From positions 430 through 64,429 of the forward strand of contig JAZDHG010000009.1 in NCBI GenBank assembly GCA_043806135.1: a stretch of DNA of 64,000 bases. The letters are read 5' to 3'. Made by a program: the position numbers and the translations under genes. Source of the DNA: Candidatus Omnitrophota bacterium. Its GTDB lineage: Bacteria > Omnitrophota > Gorgyraeia > B26-G9. Positions within the stretch are counted from its first letter, which is position 1. The number at the start of each line of letters is the position of its first letter. Shown in pieces: positions 39,151-48,394 of the stretch. The notes beneath the pieces were generated by a model that had not been told where the DNA came from, did no database searches, and saw only the letters and a program-made list of their open reading frames with translations.

Positions 39151-39740
39151 TGTTTTCAAAGAGCGGGTGCATAATTACAAACCAGGCGATGAAAACTAGT
39201 TCACATACCCAGACACCAAAGGCCATGGGTTTGGAGCTCAGAGTTCCCGTTTTATATGCGGAGACCTCTGTATAGACAATAAATTTTGTTAGGCGAAAGT
39301 AAAAAAGATTTTTCTGAAAAATATTTTTACTCATTCTCGACTGACATCCTGTCATTCTCCGAGGTAAGTTATAGCTGCCAGACATCCTGTCGCATATATA
39401 TCTTAAATCCGTAAAAACATTTCCCCGTAAAATCTAGGTTACTCATAAATCTTCTCCGTATAAAAATCCGGATTGTCGACATAAACTGCATTTGCAGTTT
39501 TTAAGACCTGGTTATGTATTTCAAGGTCCAAAATAGTTATTCACATTCTGAGACTGATTTTTTTTATTTTCTAGCTGATAAAAGTTTTCCCTGCGATATG
39601 AGCCATTAGCTATCCTGCAATTGCTTTTTTTATTGATTTAAAATCTTAAATTGACCTTTTTGTGTTTTTTTGCTATATTTAATTCTATATCCTTATGGTC
39701 AAAAATCTCTACAAATATAACCTTACGGAGATAAATTCAC

Positions 39741-40232
39741 GTGAGTAAAGATGTTTTTACGCATCATCGGCTTCAGTTTAAATCCCATATCGGGTTTTTG
39801 CTGGCAGCCATCGGCTCTGCTGTGGGGATGGGAAATATATGGCGTTTTTCGTATCTTTGTTATAAAAACGACGGCGTGTTTCTGATGCCGTACTTTATAG
39901 CCTTGTTCGCAGGCGCTATCCCCTTGATGAGCCTGGAGATAGCTCTAGGACATAAAATGCGCGGTTCAGCACCGGCATCGGTTGTCAGTATTGATAAAAA
40001 ATGGGAGCGGGATGTTTCTGTTAAATTCATTGCTGCGCTTATATTACTGGGATTACTGCTCACTACGATATTTGAGGAGATCGCTGCGCCCTACGGTAAT
40101 TACTCACGCCTTGCGATTATCCTTATTGGCAGAGATGGGATCATCATGACTGTTTTTGTCGCGTTTTTTGCCGCCTTAAGCGCATGGAAAGTAGATCCGC
40201 AGCACATGATGATTGAACTGGGAAAAAATTAG
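39741..40232 (+). pseudogene. Internally deleted sodium-dependent (NSS family) transporter
   Basis: NSS N-terminus IGSAVGMGNIWRF joined at KKWE|RDVSVKF to C-terminal helices (PYGNY); only 163 aa. Confidence 0.75.
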
Positions 40233-40295
40233 ATTGAGATTGTTTTGAACTAAGTTGCTTAATAAAGCACTATACTCAAAAGGAGGTTGCCAGGA

Positions 40296-42353
40296 ATGGA
40301 AAATTATTCTGAAAGTACTGTTCGCAATGTTGCATTGGTCTCTCATTCTGGTGCAGGTAAAACATCTTTAGCTGATTCAATGCTTTTTAACTGCGGACAG
40401 GTAAACCGGCTTGGACGCGTTGATGATGGCAATTCTATCAGCGATTTCGATCCTATTGAAATAAATCACAAAATTTCGATTAATGCCTCTATCATGCATT
40501 GCATATCAGGCAATACGAAAATCAATATTATTGATACTCCCGGATATGCGGATTTTATCATGGAGCTGCGTAATTCCGTTCCGGCAGCAGATGTGGCCAT
40601 AGTCGTGATTAGCGCTACGGACGGAATTGAAGTAGGCACACAGAGGGCCTGGGGAATACTCGATGAGATAAAACTGCCCAGGGCTATATTTATAAGCAAG
40701 ATGGATAAAGAAAACGCTGATTTTTACGGCACAGTGTTTGACATTAAAAAAGAATTTGGAGATCAATGTACTCCGTTGTTTTTACCTATAGGAAAAGAAT
40801 CGAATTTTAAAGGTGTGGCGAATCTTTTGAATAAAGCTGGATGGGAAGGTCTTAGTGAAGATGAAAAGAAGCAAGCGGAAAAATTCCGAGAGGCATTTAT
40901 CGAGATCGTGGCTATGGCTGATGACTCGATAGTTGAAAAGTATCTTAACGGCGAAGAATTAACACAGGATGAAATATGCCGTGTTTTTAAGATCGCCTTT
41001 AAAGACAATACCGTGATCCCAATCTTTTGCGGTAATGCGATTGACGGCAAGGGTGTAAAGGAATTGATTGAGAAGATCGTCAATTTTTTTCCGGCACCGT
41101 CTGCTGCAGGAACGGTGGAAGGAGTTGATCCCCAAACCAAAGAGAAAAAGGAAGTGATAACTAAAACAGATCAGCCCTTCTCCGGATACGTGTTCAAAAC
41201 TATATCTGATCCTTATGTTGGACAGCTGAGTGTGTTCAGGGTGGTTTCCGGAAGTCTTAGTTCTAATACAGAATTTTTAAATGTCACAACCGGCGCTTCT
41301 GAGCGTTTTGGACAACTTTATGTGCTGCAAGGTAAAGAGCAGCTTCCGGTTGTGGCTGTGGCTGCAGGAGATATAGGAGCTGTTGCCAAATTGAAGAATA
41401 CGCATACAGGCGACTCGATGAATGGCGCCAAAAACAAAGTGTTGTTTAATGTAAGCCATAGCATGGAACCGTCAATTTCCTATTCGCTTAAACCAAAAAC
41501 AAGGCAGGATGAGGAAAAGATCTCTCAGGCCCTGGCTAAGATGACTACAGAAGATCAGGGGATCAGGGTATCGCGCGATCCGCAAACAAAGGAATTAATC
41601 CTTTCCGGTATGGGTGATATGCATCTTGAGATCGCCATTGAGCGTCTGAAAAGCCGTTATCATGTTGATGTTGATGTGGGAACGCCTAAAGTTCCTTACA
41701 AGGAAACCATAAAAAAATCAGTTAAAGTGCACCATAAATATAAAAAGCAGTCAGGCGGACGAGGCCAGTATGGTGATGTCTGGCTGGAGATCTCTCCATT
41801 GCCCAGAGGCGGGGATTTTGAATTTGTGGATAATATTGTCGGAGGATCTGTGCCCAGGCAATATATACCTTCTGTTGAAAAAGGCGTACGCAAGAAAATG
41901 GTTGAAGGCATTATTGCCGGATACCCGCTTGTTGATATCCAGGTATCCCTTTATGACGGTTCTTATCATGAAGTCGATTCCTCGGACATGGCGTTTCAGA
42001 TAGCCGCAGGCATGGCTTTAAAAGAAGGAATTCTTGATGCAAATCCCGTATTACTTGAGCCGGTTATGAACGTGGAAGTAGTAATAGGCCCGGAATATCT
42101 GGGCGCGATTAACGGAGATTTAAGTTCCCGCAGAGGACGTGTACAAGGTATGGAACAGGCTGGTAAATATGAAAAGATCAAAGCTCAGGTGCCTCTTTCT
42201 GAGATGCTCAGGTATGCAACCGATTTGCGTTCCATGACTCAGGGAAGGGGATCTTACTCGATGACTTTTTCTCATTATGAAGAAGTCCCGCATAAACAGG
42301 CTGAAAAGGTTATTAGCCAGTCAAAGGTTGAAGAAAAAGCAGAGGTGCATTAG
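40296..42353 (+). CDS. Elongation factor G paralog (EF-G2 type)
   Basis: SHSGAGKTS, DTPGYADF, GMGDMHLEI, KKQSGGRGQYG, VDSSDMAF, LRSMTQGRG. Confidence 0.92.
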   Translation: MENYSESTVRNVALVSHSGAGKTSLADSMLFNCGQVNRLGRVDDGNSISDFDPIEINHKISINASIMHCISGNTKINIIDTPGYADFIMELRNSVPAADVAIVVISATDGIEVGTQRAWGILDEIKLPRAIFISKMDKENADFYGTVFDIKKEFGDQCTPLFLPIGKESNFKGVANLLNKAGWEGLSEDEKKQAEKFREAFIEIVAMADDSIVEKYLNGEELTQDEICRVFKIAFKDNTVIPIFCGNAIDGKGVKELIEKIVNFFPAPSAAGTVEGVDPQTKEKKEVITKTDQPFSGYVFKTISDPYVGQLSVFRVVSGSLSSNTEFLNVTTGASERFGQLYVLQGKEQLPVVAVAAGDIGAVAKLKNTHTGDSMNGAKNKVLFNVSHSMEPSISYSLKPKTRQDEEKISQALAKMTTEDQGIRVSRDPQTKELILSGMGDMHLEIAIERLKSRYHVDVDVGTPKVPYKETIKKSVKVHHKYKKQSGGRGQYGDVWLEISPLPRGGDFEFVDNIVGGSVPRQYIPSVEKGVRKKMVEGIIAGYPLVDIQVSLYDGSYHEVDSSDMAFQIAAGMALKEGILDANPVLLEPVMNVEVVIGPEYLGAINGDLSSRRGRVQGMEQAGKYEKIKAQVPLSEMLRYATDLRSMTQGRGSYSMTFSHYEEVPHKQAEKVISQSKVEEKAEVH

Positions 42354-42371
42354 AAATAATTTTAAACGGTT

Positions 42372-43013
42372 ATGATAGAAAACGTGCAGAATAAGAAAAA
42401 CGGTTTTACCCCGTTAGAGAAAGATAATAATTTTAATCGCGGGTTGAAAACTTATTTAGCCGATGCTAGCTTAAAGGTATCACCTGAGCATGCCGTTAGA
42501 GTTCGAAGAACTCTAACGGGGTTTACCCCGCTTAGAGATAATAAGAAGAAACATAATGTTCTCGGAGCATACTTTATAACAGGTGTTAATAATAATTTTT
42601 GTTCAAATAAAAAACATGGTTATAAATCTCTAACGGGGTTTACCTTAATTGAAATATTAATCGCCTTGACGATTTTGGGCATTGGATTGGTTTCGGTGTT
42701 GGCTTATTTGCCGATTGCTCTTGATGCTTCAAAAAAAGCAGCGGATTTAACAACAGCAGCTTTGATAGCTCAAAAATACATTGAGGGAATAAAATCAGCA
42801 AGCAGTAATGATATAACTTCTGCGGACGCATATGATACCTTGGGAGTATATGCGGCGGATAGTGATTTTGATGGTTTTTCTTATTTTATATCTATAAGCA
42901 ATCCCGGCGCATCAGACACGAAAGAAGTTACTGTAAATGTACGGTGGAGCTTTAAGGGTAAAGATAGTGTTGAAACTTTCAGAACGATGATTGTAAAATA
43001 CGATCCGAACTAA
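42372..43013 (+). CDS. Orphan minor pilin (PilV-like) with two tandem 39-aa insertions in the leader
   Basis: GFT occurs three times; the last one, G|FTLIEILIAL, is followed by the hydrophobic helix. Confidence 0.85.
   Translation: MIENVQNKKNGFTPLEKDNNFNRGLKTYLADASLKVSPEHAVRVRRTLTGFTPLRDNKKKHNVLGAYFITGVNNNFCSNKKHGYKSLTGFTLIEILIALTILGIGLVSVLAYLPIALDASKKAADLTTAALIAQKYIEGIKSASSNDITSADAYDTLGVYAADSDFDGFSYFISISNPGASDTKEVTVNVRWSFKGKDSVETFRTMIVKYDPN
42409..42521 (+). mobile_element. 113-bp palindromic element, first tandem copy
   Basis: TTTA|CCCCGTTAGAG...CTCTAACGGGG|TTTA; internal perfect hairpin CCGTTAGAGTTC-GAA-GAACTCTAACGG. Confidence 0.88.
42526..42638 (+). mobile_element. 113-bp palindromic element, second tandem copy (different interior)
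   Basis: TTTA|CCCCGCTTAGAGA...TCTCTAACGGGG|TTTA. Confidence 0.85.
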
Positions 43014-43021
43014 CTAAAAAA

Positions 43022-43106
43022 AAGTAGCGAGTAGAAAGTAGAGAGTAATAGGCAGTGATAAAATATTACAAAAATCCTGCTACTCGCTTCTCGCTACTGG
43101 CTACTC
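43022..43106. repeat. Facing heptamer arms (GAGTAGC-type / GCTACTC-type), empty cassette
   Basis: AAGTAGCGAGTAGAAAGTAGAGAGTAA ... GCTACTCGCTTCTCGCTACTGGCTACTC. Confidence 0.7.
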
Positions 43107-43129
43107 TGACAAAATAGGAGTGATAATTT

Positions 43130-43882
43130 ATGTCTGGACATTCAAAATGGGCGAGTATAAAACATAAGAAAGCAGCAACGGATTCAAAACGCGGTAAGGT
43201 GTTTACTAAACTTATAAGAGAGTTAACTGTTGCCGCGCGCGAAGGCGGCGGCGACCCGGACGCAAATCCGCGGCTCAGGCTTGCCATGCAAAAGGCTAAA
43301 GATTCTAATATGCCTAAAGACAACATTGAAAAAGCGATAAAAAAGGGCACAGGAGAGTTGCCTGGCGTAGTTTATGAATCGATGGTTTATGAAGGATACG
43401 GCCCTAGCGGGGTGGCAGTTCTTGTTGATGTTCTTACCGATAACAAGAACAGGGCTGCGGCGGAAGTACGCAGTATATTTACCAAGAAAAACGGGAATAT
43501 GGCCGGAGCCGGCTCTGTTGCCTGGCAATTCAAGCAGAAAGGCCTGATAATAGTCGCCAAGGACAAAAGCGAAGAAGATAAACTGATGAATATCATTCTT
43601 GAAAACGGGGCTGAGGATATGCAGAGCGGAGAGGATACTTATGAGATCAGCACGCAGCCGAGAGAATTTGAAACGGTTAAAAAAGCTATAGAAAACTGCG
43701 GTATTGAGATCATTTCCTCTGAAATAACATTGGTGCCTGATTCTACGGTCAATATTTCCGATAAAGGAGCTGCCCAGCAGGTGCTTAATCTCATCAATGC
43801 TTTAGAAGATAATGATGATGTGCAGAATGTTTACGCTAATTTTGATATTCCGAATAATATATTATCTCAGATAGAATTATAA
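43130..43882 (+). CDS. yebC: YebC/PmpR family protein
   Basis: [35 protein letters not shown]. Confidence 0.95.
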   Translation: MSGHSKWASIKHKKAATDSKRGKVFTKLIRELTVAAREGGGDPDANPRLRLAMQKAKDSNMPKDNIEKAIKKGTGELPGVVYESMVYEGYGPSGVAVLVDVLTDNKNRAAAEVRSIFTKKNGNMAGAGSVAWQFKQKGLIIVAKDKSEEDKLMNIILENGAEDMQSGEDTYEISTQPREFETVKKAIENCGIEIISSEITLVPDSTVNISDKGAAQQVLNLINALEDNDDVQNVYANFDIPNNILSQIEL

Positions 43883-43889
43883 GGAAGAT

Positions 43890-44405
43890 ATGCGCGTCTT
43901 AGGAGTTGATCCCGGGCTGCAGTGTGTAGGATACGGTGTTATAGAATTTAATAAGCAGGAGGTTTGTACATCTGTGCGGGGACGCGATGGCAGACTTAAG
44001 CTTATTGAAGCTGGTATTATCAGAACATCATCAAAAGATAAACTTACGAACAGGCTCAATATTATATACAATGCCCTTAATCAGGTGCTTAGTGCTCACC
44101 GGCCTGATGTGGTTGCTTTAGAGGAGCTCTATTCTCATTATGAAAATCCTAAGACAGCAATAATGATGGCGCATGCGCGCGGGGTTATCTGCCTGGCGGC
44201 TGCGCAGCAGAAACTGAATGTTGCCGGCTATGCTCCGAGAAAGGTAAAAAAAGCAGTCACCGGAGCGGGAGCCGCGACAAAGTCGCAGATGCAGAGAGTT
44301 ATTAAGGAAATCCTTGGACTGAAGTCTGTGCCTGAGCCGCATGATGTTGCCGATGCCTTGGCTCTGGCCATAACACATATTAATATCAGCAGCAGGAAAA
44401 TATGA
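43890..44405 (+). CDS. ruvC: Holliday junction resolvase RuvC
   Basis: LGVDPG, HARGV, KKAVTG.G.A.K.Q, DVADALA. Confidence 0.95.
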   Translation: MRVLGVDPGLQCVGYGVIEFNKQEVCTSVRGRDGRLKLIEAGIIRTSSKDKLTNRLNIIYNALNQVLSAHRPDVVALEELYSHYENPKTAIMMAHARGVICLAAAQQKLNVAGYAPRKVKKAVTGAGAATKSQMQRVIKEILGLKSVPEPHDVADALALAITHINISSRKI

Positions 44406-45022
44406 TCAGCAGAATAACTGGAAAAATAATACAAAAAAAAGAAAATTCACTGTTGTTGGAAGTGAACGGGTTCGGGTATGAGGTTTTTATTCCGTACGGG
44501 ATAATGAAGTGTCTTAACTCCGATAAAACCGAATGTGAATTTGTTACATTTCATTATCATCAGGTGGATCAAAATAAAAGTATACCGATCTTGATCGGGT
44601 TCATGAACGAGATCGAGAAGGAATTTTTTGAGAGATTTATTACTGTATCCGGTATCGGACCTAAGGCCGCGATCAAGGCAATAGCTGAGCCGATACAGGT
44701 TATAGCCAGGGCAATTGATTCCGGAGATATTGCTTTCCTGAAATCCTTGCCCGGCATCGGTACGCAAAGAGCAAGAGAAATAGTCGCTAAACTCCAGGGG
44801 AAAGTAGGAAAGTTCGGCCTTATCAGGGGAGTTGCCCCTGAAGAGAAGGCAACCGTTACCAATAGTGATATTGAACAGGAGGCATTAGCTGTTCTTTTGC
44901 AGCTGCAATATAAAAAACCGGAAGCAGAGAAAATGATCAAAAATGCCATGACCAGAAATCAAGATGTTAAAAATTCGGAAGAGCTGTTAAATGAAGTCTA
45001 CAAACAAAGATCAAATCAATAA
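44402..45022 (+). CDS. ruvA: Holliday junction branch migration protein RuvA
   Basis: VNGFGYEV, VSGIGPKAA, LPGIG. Confidence 0.93.
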   Translation: MISRITGKIIQKKENSLLLEVNGFGYEVFIPYGIMKCLNSDKTECEFVTFHYHQVDQNKSIPILIGFMNEIEKEFFERFITVSGIGPKAAIKAIAEPIQVIARAIDSGDIAFLKSLPGIGTQRAREIVAKLQGKVGKFGLIRGVAPEEKATVTNSDIEQEALAVLLQLQYKKPEAEKMIKNAMTRNQDVKNSEELLNEVYKQRSNQ

Positions 45023-46058
45023 TGATGACGGGATGTTAAGAGAGCCTGTGCTTATGCAGCAGGAGACAGAAGAGGATCTGGTCCTTAATCTGTCGCTTCG
45101 GCCGCTGCAATTTGGTGATTTTATCGGCCAGGAAAAACTTAAAGAGAATCTGCAGATCGGTATTCAGGCGGCAAAATCAAGAAACGAACCTCTGGAGCAT
45201 TTAATGCTCTCAGGTCCTCCCGGCCTTGGTAAAACCACGCTGGCTCATATTATTGCCCATGAAATGGGAACAAAGATCACTACCACTTCAGGACCTGCTA
45301 TAGGAAGAGCGGGTGATCTTATCGGTATACTTACCAATCTAGAGCACGGAGATATTCTTTTTATTGATGAGATACACCGCCTTTCAAAAATAGTTGAGGA
45401 ATTTCTCTATCCGGCAATGGAAGACCATAAAATAGATTTTATTATTGATAAAGGTCCTTATGCCAAGACGATCCAGTTTAACCTTAAACCTTTTACGCTT
45501 ATTGGGGCAACAACTCGCTCCGGACTGCTCAGTGCTCCTTTGCGCAGCCGCTTCGGGATGTATTACCATATTGATTTCTATCCCTGGGAGGATCTGGTAA
45601 GTGTTGTGAAAAAATCCGCGGAAAAACTGGGATTGAATCTTGATCAGGAAAGTGCAGAGATTATCGCTAAAAGATCACGCGGTACGCCGCGTGTGGCTAA
45701 TCGGCTTTTACGCCGGGTCAGAGATTACAGCGAGGTCAAGGCAAACGGCAGGGTCGATGCACAGATAACAGATGTTGCTTTGAATCTGCAGGGGGTAGAT
45801 GATCTCGGGCTTGATGAGATCGACCGCAGGGTTCTAGGGGTAATAATTGATGCTTATGAGGGGGGGCCTGTGGGTATAGAATCTCTGGCGGCCACACTCA
45901 ATGAAGAAAGCGATACGATCGTGGATGTGGTAGAACCGTTTCTATTAAAGAGGGGACTGCTTAAACGCTCATCACGAGGACGCCAGGCAACAGAGCTTGC
46001 CTATAAGCACCTTGGCCGCAAAATAACAAAAGACAAGCAAAAGGAGATATTTGAATGA
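44991..46058 (+). CDS. ruvB: Holliday junction helicase RuvB
   Basis: GPPGLGKTTLA, FIDEIHR, GATTR, SRGTPRVANRLL; start uncertain. Confidence 0.97.
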   Translation: MKSTNKDQINNDDGMLREPVLMQQETEEDLVLNLSLRPLQFGDFIGQEKLKENLQIGIQAAKSRNEPLEHLMLSGPPGLGKTTLAHIIAHEMGTKITTTSGPAIGRAGDLIGILTNLEHGDILFIDEIHRLSKIVEEFLYPAMEDHKIDFIIDKGPYAKTIQFNLKPFTLIGATTRSGLLSAPLRSRFGMYYHIDFYPWEDLVSVVKKSAEKLGLNLDQESAEIIAKRSRGTPRVANRLLRRVRDYSEVKANGRVDAQITDVALNLQGVDDLGLDEIDRRVLGVIIDAYEGGPVGIESLAATLNEESDTIVDVVEPFLLKRGLLKRSSRGRQATELAYKHLGRKITKDKQKEIFE

Positions 46059-46606
46059 TGGCAGGCAAAAGAATACTTTTGCATATGTGCTGCGCTCCTT
46101 GCGAGATATATCCGCTTAAAAAATTGAGGCAGATGAATTTTGAGGTGGGAGGTTTTTTTTATAATCCGAATATATATCCGCATTATGAGTATATCTTGCG
46201 TAAAAAATATGTAATGGAATATTCCAACCGGGTTAATTGTAATATATATTTCTGTGCAGGGTACCCTGACAATGAATTCAATGATGTTGTTAAAGATAAT
46301 TGTGAGCGGCCCGAGCGCTGCATGAATTGCTGGTATCTGAGACTGAAAAAAACAGCTGAACACGCAAGAAAGATCAAGGTTGAGACATTTTCCACAACCT
46401 TGCTTGTCAGCCCGTACCAGGATAAACAGGCGATAAAACTTTTGGGAGAAGAGGCAGCAGCTGAAAATGGGGTCAGTTTTTTCTATTATGATTTCAGCGT
46501 TGGATACCAGGAAGCGGTAAGGATCTCCAAAATGGAGCAATTGTACCGCCAAAAATACTGCGGTTGTAAGTACAGTCTTACCGAGAGTTCAGCGGTTAAG
46601 GTGTAA
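46055..46606 (+). CDS. queH: Epoxyqueuosine reductase QueH
   Basis: LLHMCCAPC, YNPNI.P, RC..C..LRL, YRQKYCGC. Confidence 0.9.
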   Translation: MMAGKRILLHMCCAPCEIYPLKKLRQMNFEVGGFFYNPNIYPHYEYILRKKYVMEYSNRVNCNIYFCAGYPDNEFNDVVKDNCERPERCMNCWYLRLKKTAEHARKIKVETFSTTLLVSPYQDKQAIKLLGEEAAAENGVSFFYYDFSVGYQEAVRISKMEQLYRQKYCGCKYSLTESSAVKV

Positions 46607-46664
46607 AGTGTTTAAAATCAAAATGTGAATGACTGTAAGAGAGGATAGAGATTTTTAGAAGAAA

Positions 46665-47705
46665 GTGAAAATAACAGATTTTGATTATCGACTTCCGCAG
46701 GAATTGATCGCGCAGTTTCCTGCAAAACGCCGTGATGAATCACGGCTTTTAATTATCGAGCGAAAGACGGGACGGATTAAACATGGCTGGTTCAGGGATA
46801 TTGCCGGGATGTTTACGAGCGCAGATGTGCTGGTTTTAAATGATACAAAGGTAAAACCGGTGCGCTTGATCGGGGATATCGAAGACAAGGTTATTGATAT
46901 CCTTCTGGTTGAAAGGATAAAGAAGAATGTCTATTTTATAAAGGCTAAGCCGGGTAAGAAACTTAAGCCTAAAACAATTATCAGATTTGCTGAGAATAAG
47001 TATTCTGCTGTTGCGGTGGAATCGGATGATGCCAGAGGGCAGGGTATGAAATTAATTGAATTCAAGGGGGAATTGGATATTGAATCTGTCTTGGATGAAA
47101 TCGGCGTGATGCCCTTGCCGCCTTACATCAAGAGAGAAATTGTTGCGGCAGATTGTGCAAGATATCAAACCGTATATGCAAAATCCCCTGGGGCGATTGC
47201 CGCACCCACGGCAGGACTGCATTTTACTGAACAGATATTAGATCAGATCAAAGAGAAGAATACCGGTATAGTTCAGCTTACTCTGCATGTGGGACTGGGG
47301 ACATTTTTGCCTGTAAAAGTTGAAGATATAAGAGGGCATAAGATGCATAAGGAATCATTTGAGTTAAGCCCAAAGACAGCTGTGGAGATTGAAAGAGTAA
47401 AACACTCAGGGGGCAGGATCTGTGCTGTGGGAACGACAGCGGCCCGGGTTTTGGAAACTTGTGCCGGGGAAGAGGAGAGTTTTTCCCTTAAGCCGGGAAA
47501 AGGGCAGACAGACTTGTTTATTTATCCGCCCTATAAGTTCAAGGCTGTGAATATGCTGCTTACCAACTTTCATCTGCCGAAAACCACACTGCTTATGCTG
47601 GTATGTGCTTTTGCCTCAAGGGAGCTGGTGCTGGAGGCTTATAAAATGGCTGTTGATGAAAAATACAGGTTCTTCAGTTATGGGGATGCCATGCTTATTA
47701 TATAG
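46665..47705 (+). CDS. queA: S-adenosylmethionine:tRNA ribosyltransferase-isomerase
   Basis: PLPPYI, AAPTAGLHF, TNFHLP, FFSYGDAM. Confidence 0.97.
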   Translation: MKITDFDYRLPQELIAQFPAKRRDESRLLIIERKTGRIKHGWFRDIAGMFTSADVLVLNDTKVKPVRLIGDIEDKVIDILLVERIKKNVYFIKAKPGKKLKPKTIIRFAENKYSAVAVESDDARGQGMKLIEFKGELDIESVLDEIGVMPLPPYIKREIVAADCARYQTVYAKSPGAIAAPTAGLHFTEQILDQIKEKNTGIVQLTLHVGLGTFLPVKVEDIRGHKMHKESFELSPKTAVEIERVKHSGGRICAVGTTAARVLETCAGEEESFSLKPGKGQTDLFIYPPYKFKAVNMLLTNFHLPKTTLLMLVCAFASRELVLEAYKMAVDEKYRFFSYGDAMLII

Positions 47706-48342
47706 AGTAGCGAGTAGCAAGAAGCGAGTAGCAAGAAAAAAGAACGAAGTCCGAGCAATGATGGACGATCACTTCCTACATAATGCTTGGCGGGCAGGCG
47801 CTTTGCTCCTTGGGACGAAGGACGCAAAATAAATTATAAATTACTAGTTATGAGTGACGAGTTAAAAGACAAAGAAGTAAAAAGGTAAAAGTAAAAAGAA
47901 CAGACTGTGTTATCCTGAAATAGGTTTACAGAAAAATAAATTAACCGCAGATGGACGCGGATGTTCGCGGATAAAGAAGTATACATTTAAGCCATTATAA
48001 CAAGACAAAGTTTCTTGAAGTTACTTAAGGTTGCAGTATGGAGTTTGATGTCGGGAGGAAGGAAATAAAAATCATATATTAGTTTGCGGCGGGAAAAGCC
48101 ACGACCTTCATAAACGCAACAATCAATAAGAAAAATGAATTTTTCTTTTAATGTTGATTTATGAAGGCCTAACTCGGCGATGCCGAGTTAAATATATGAT
48201 TTTTACGGTACCAATCCGCGCTAATCAGCGTTTATCGAGTGAATGTATTTAATGAGCGGGCGGTTAATTAAATTATTTGTGTTTAAAAGTGTCAACTATT
48301 GCAGGACAAGACAACTATTGGCTATCGACTATTGACCATTGA
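47706..48342. mobile_element. Nested stack of repeat arms and non-autonomous element shells between queA and tgt
   Basis: Heptamer arms; imperfect TGT...ACA TIRs 47906-47930/48290-48313; TTAACCGC...GCGGTTAA pair; 15-bp perfect IR 48066-48080/48191-48205. Confidence 0.65.
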
Positions 48343-48394
48343 TCAGACTTGTATACTCCTAGACTAATATGTCCAATAAAAGGATAAGAAATAC

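Noticed and set aside
39110-39560. Minus-strand 91-aa ORF and broken frames after recG; GACATCCTGTC direct repeat
   Set aside because: May be a decayed gene, but I cannot assign a family; the match to family A is only a few bases.
42405-42642. CRISPR array interpretation of the tandem units
   Set aside because: Only two units, roughly 90-bp interiors, inside a CDS, no cas genes; terminal half-repeats fit TIR elements with a duplicated target better.
47605-47832. 75-aa ORF overlapping the queA end
   Set aside because: Runs through heptamer repeat arms; spurious.
48095-48112. AAGCCACGACCTT resembling an IS200/IS605-type end
   Set aside because: The complementary half is missing and there is no tnpA/tnpB; too short to call.
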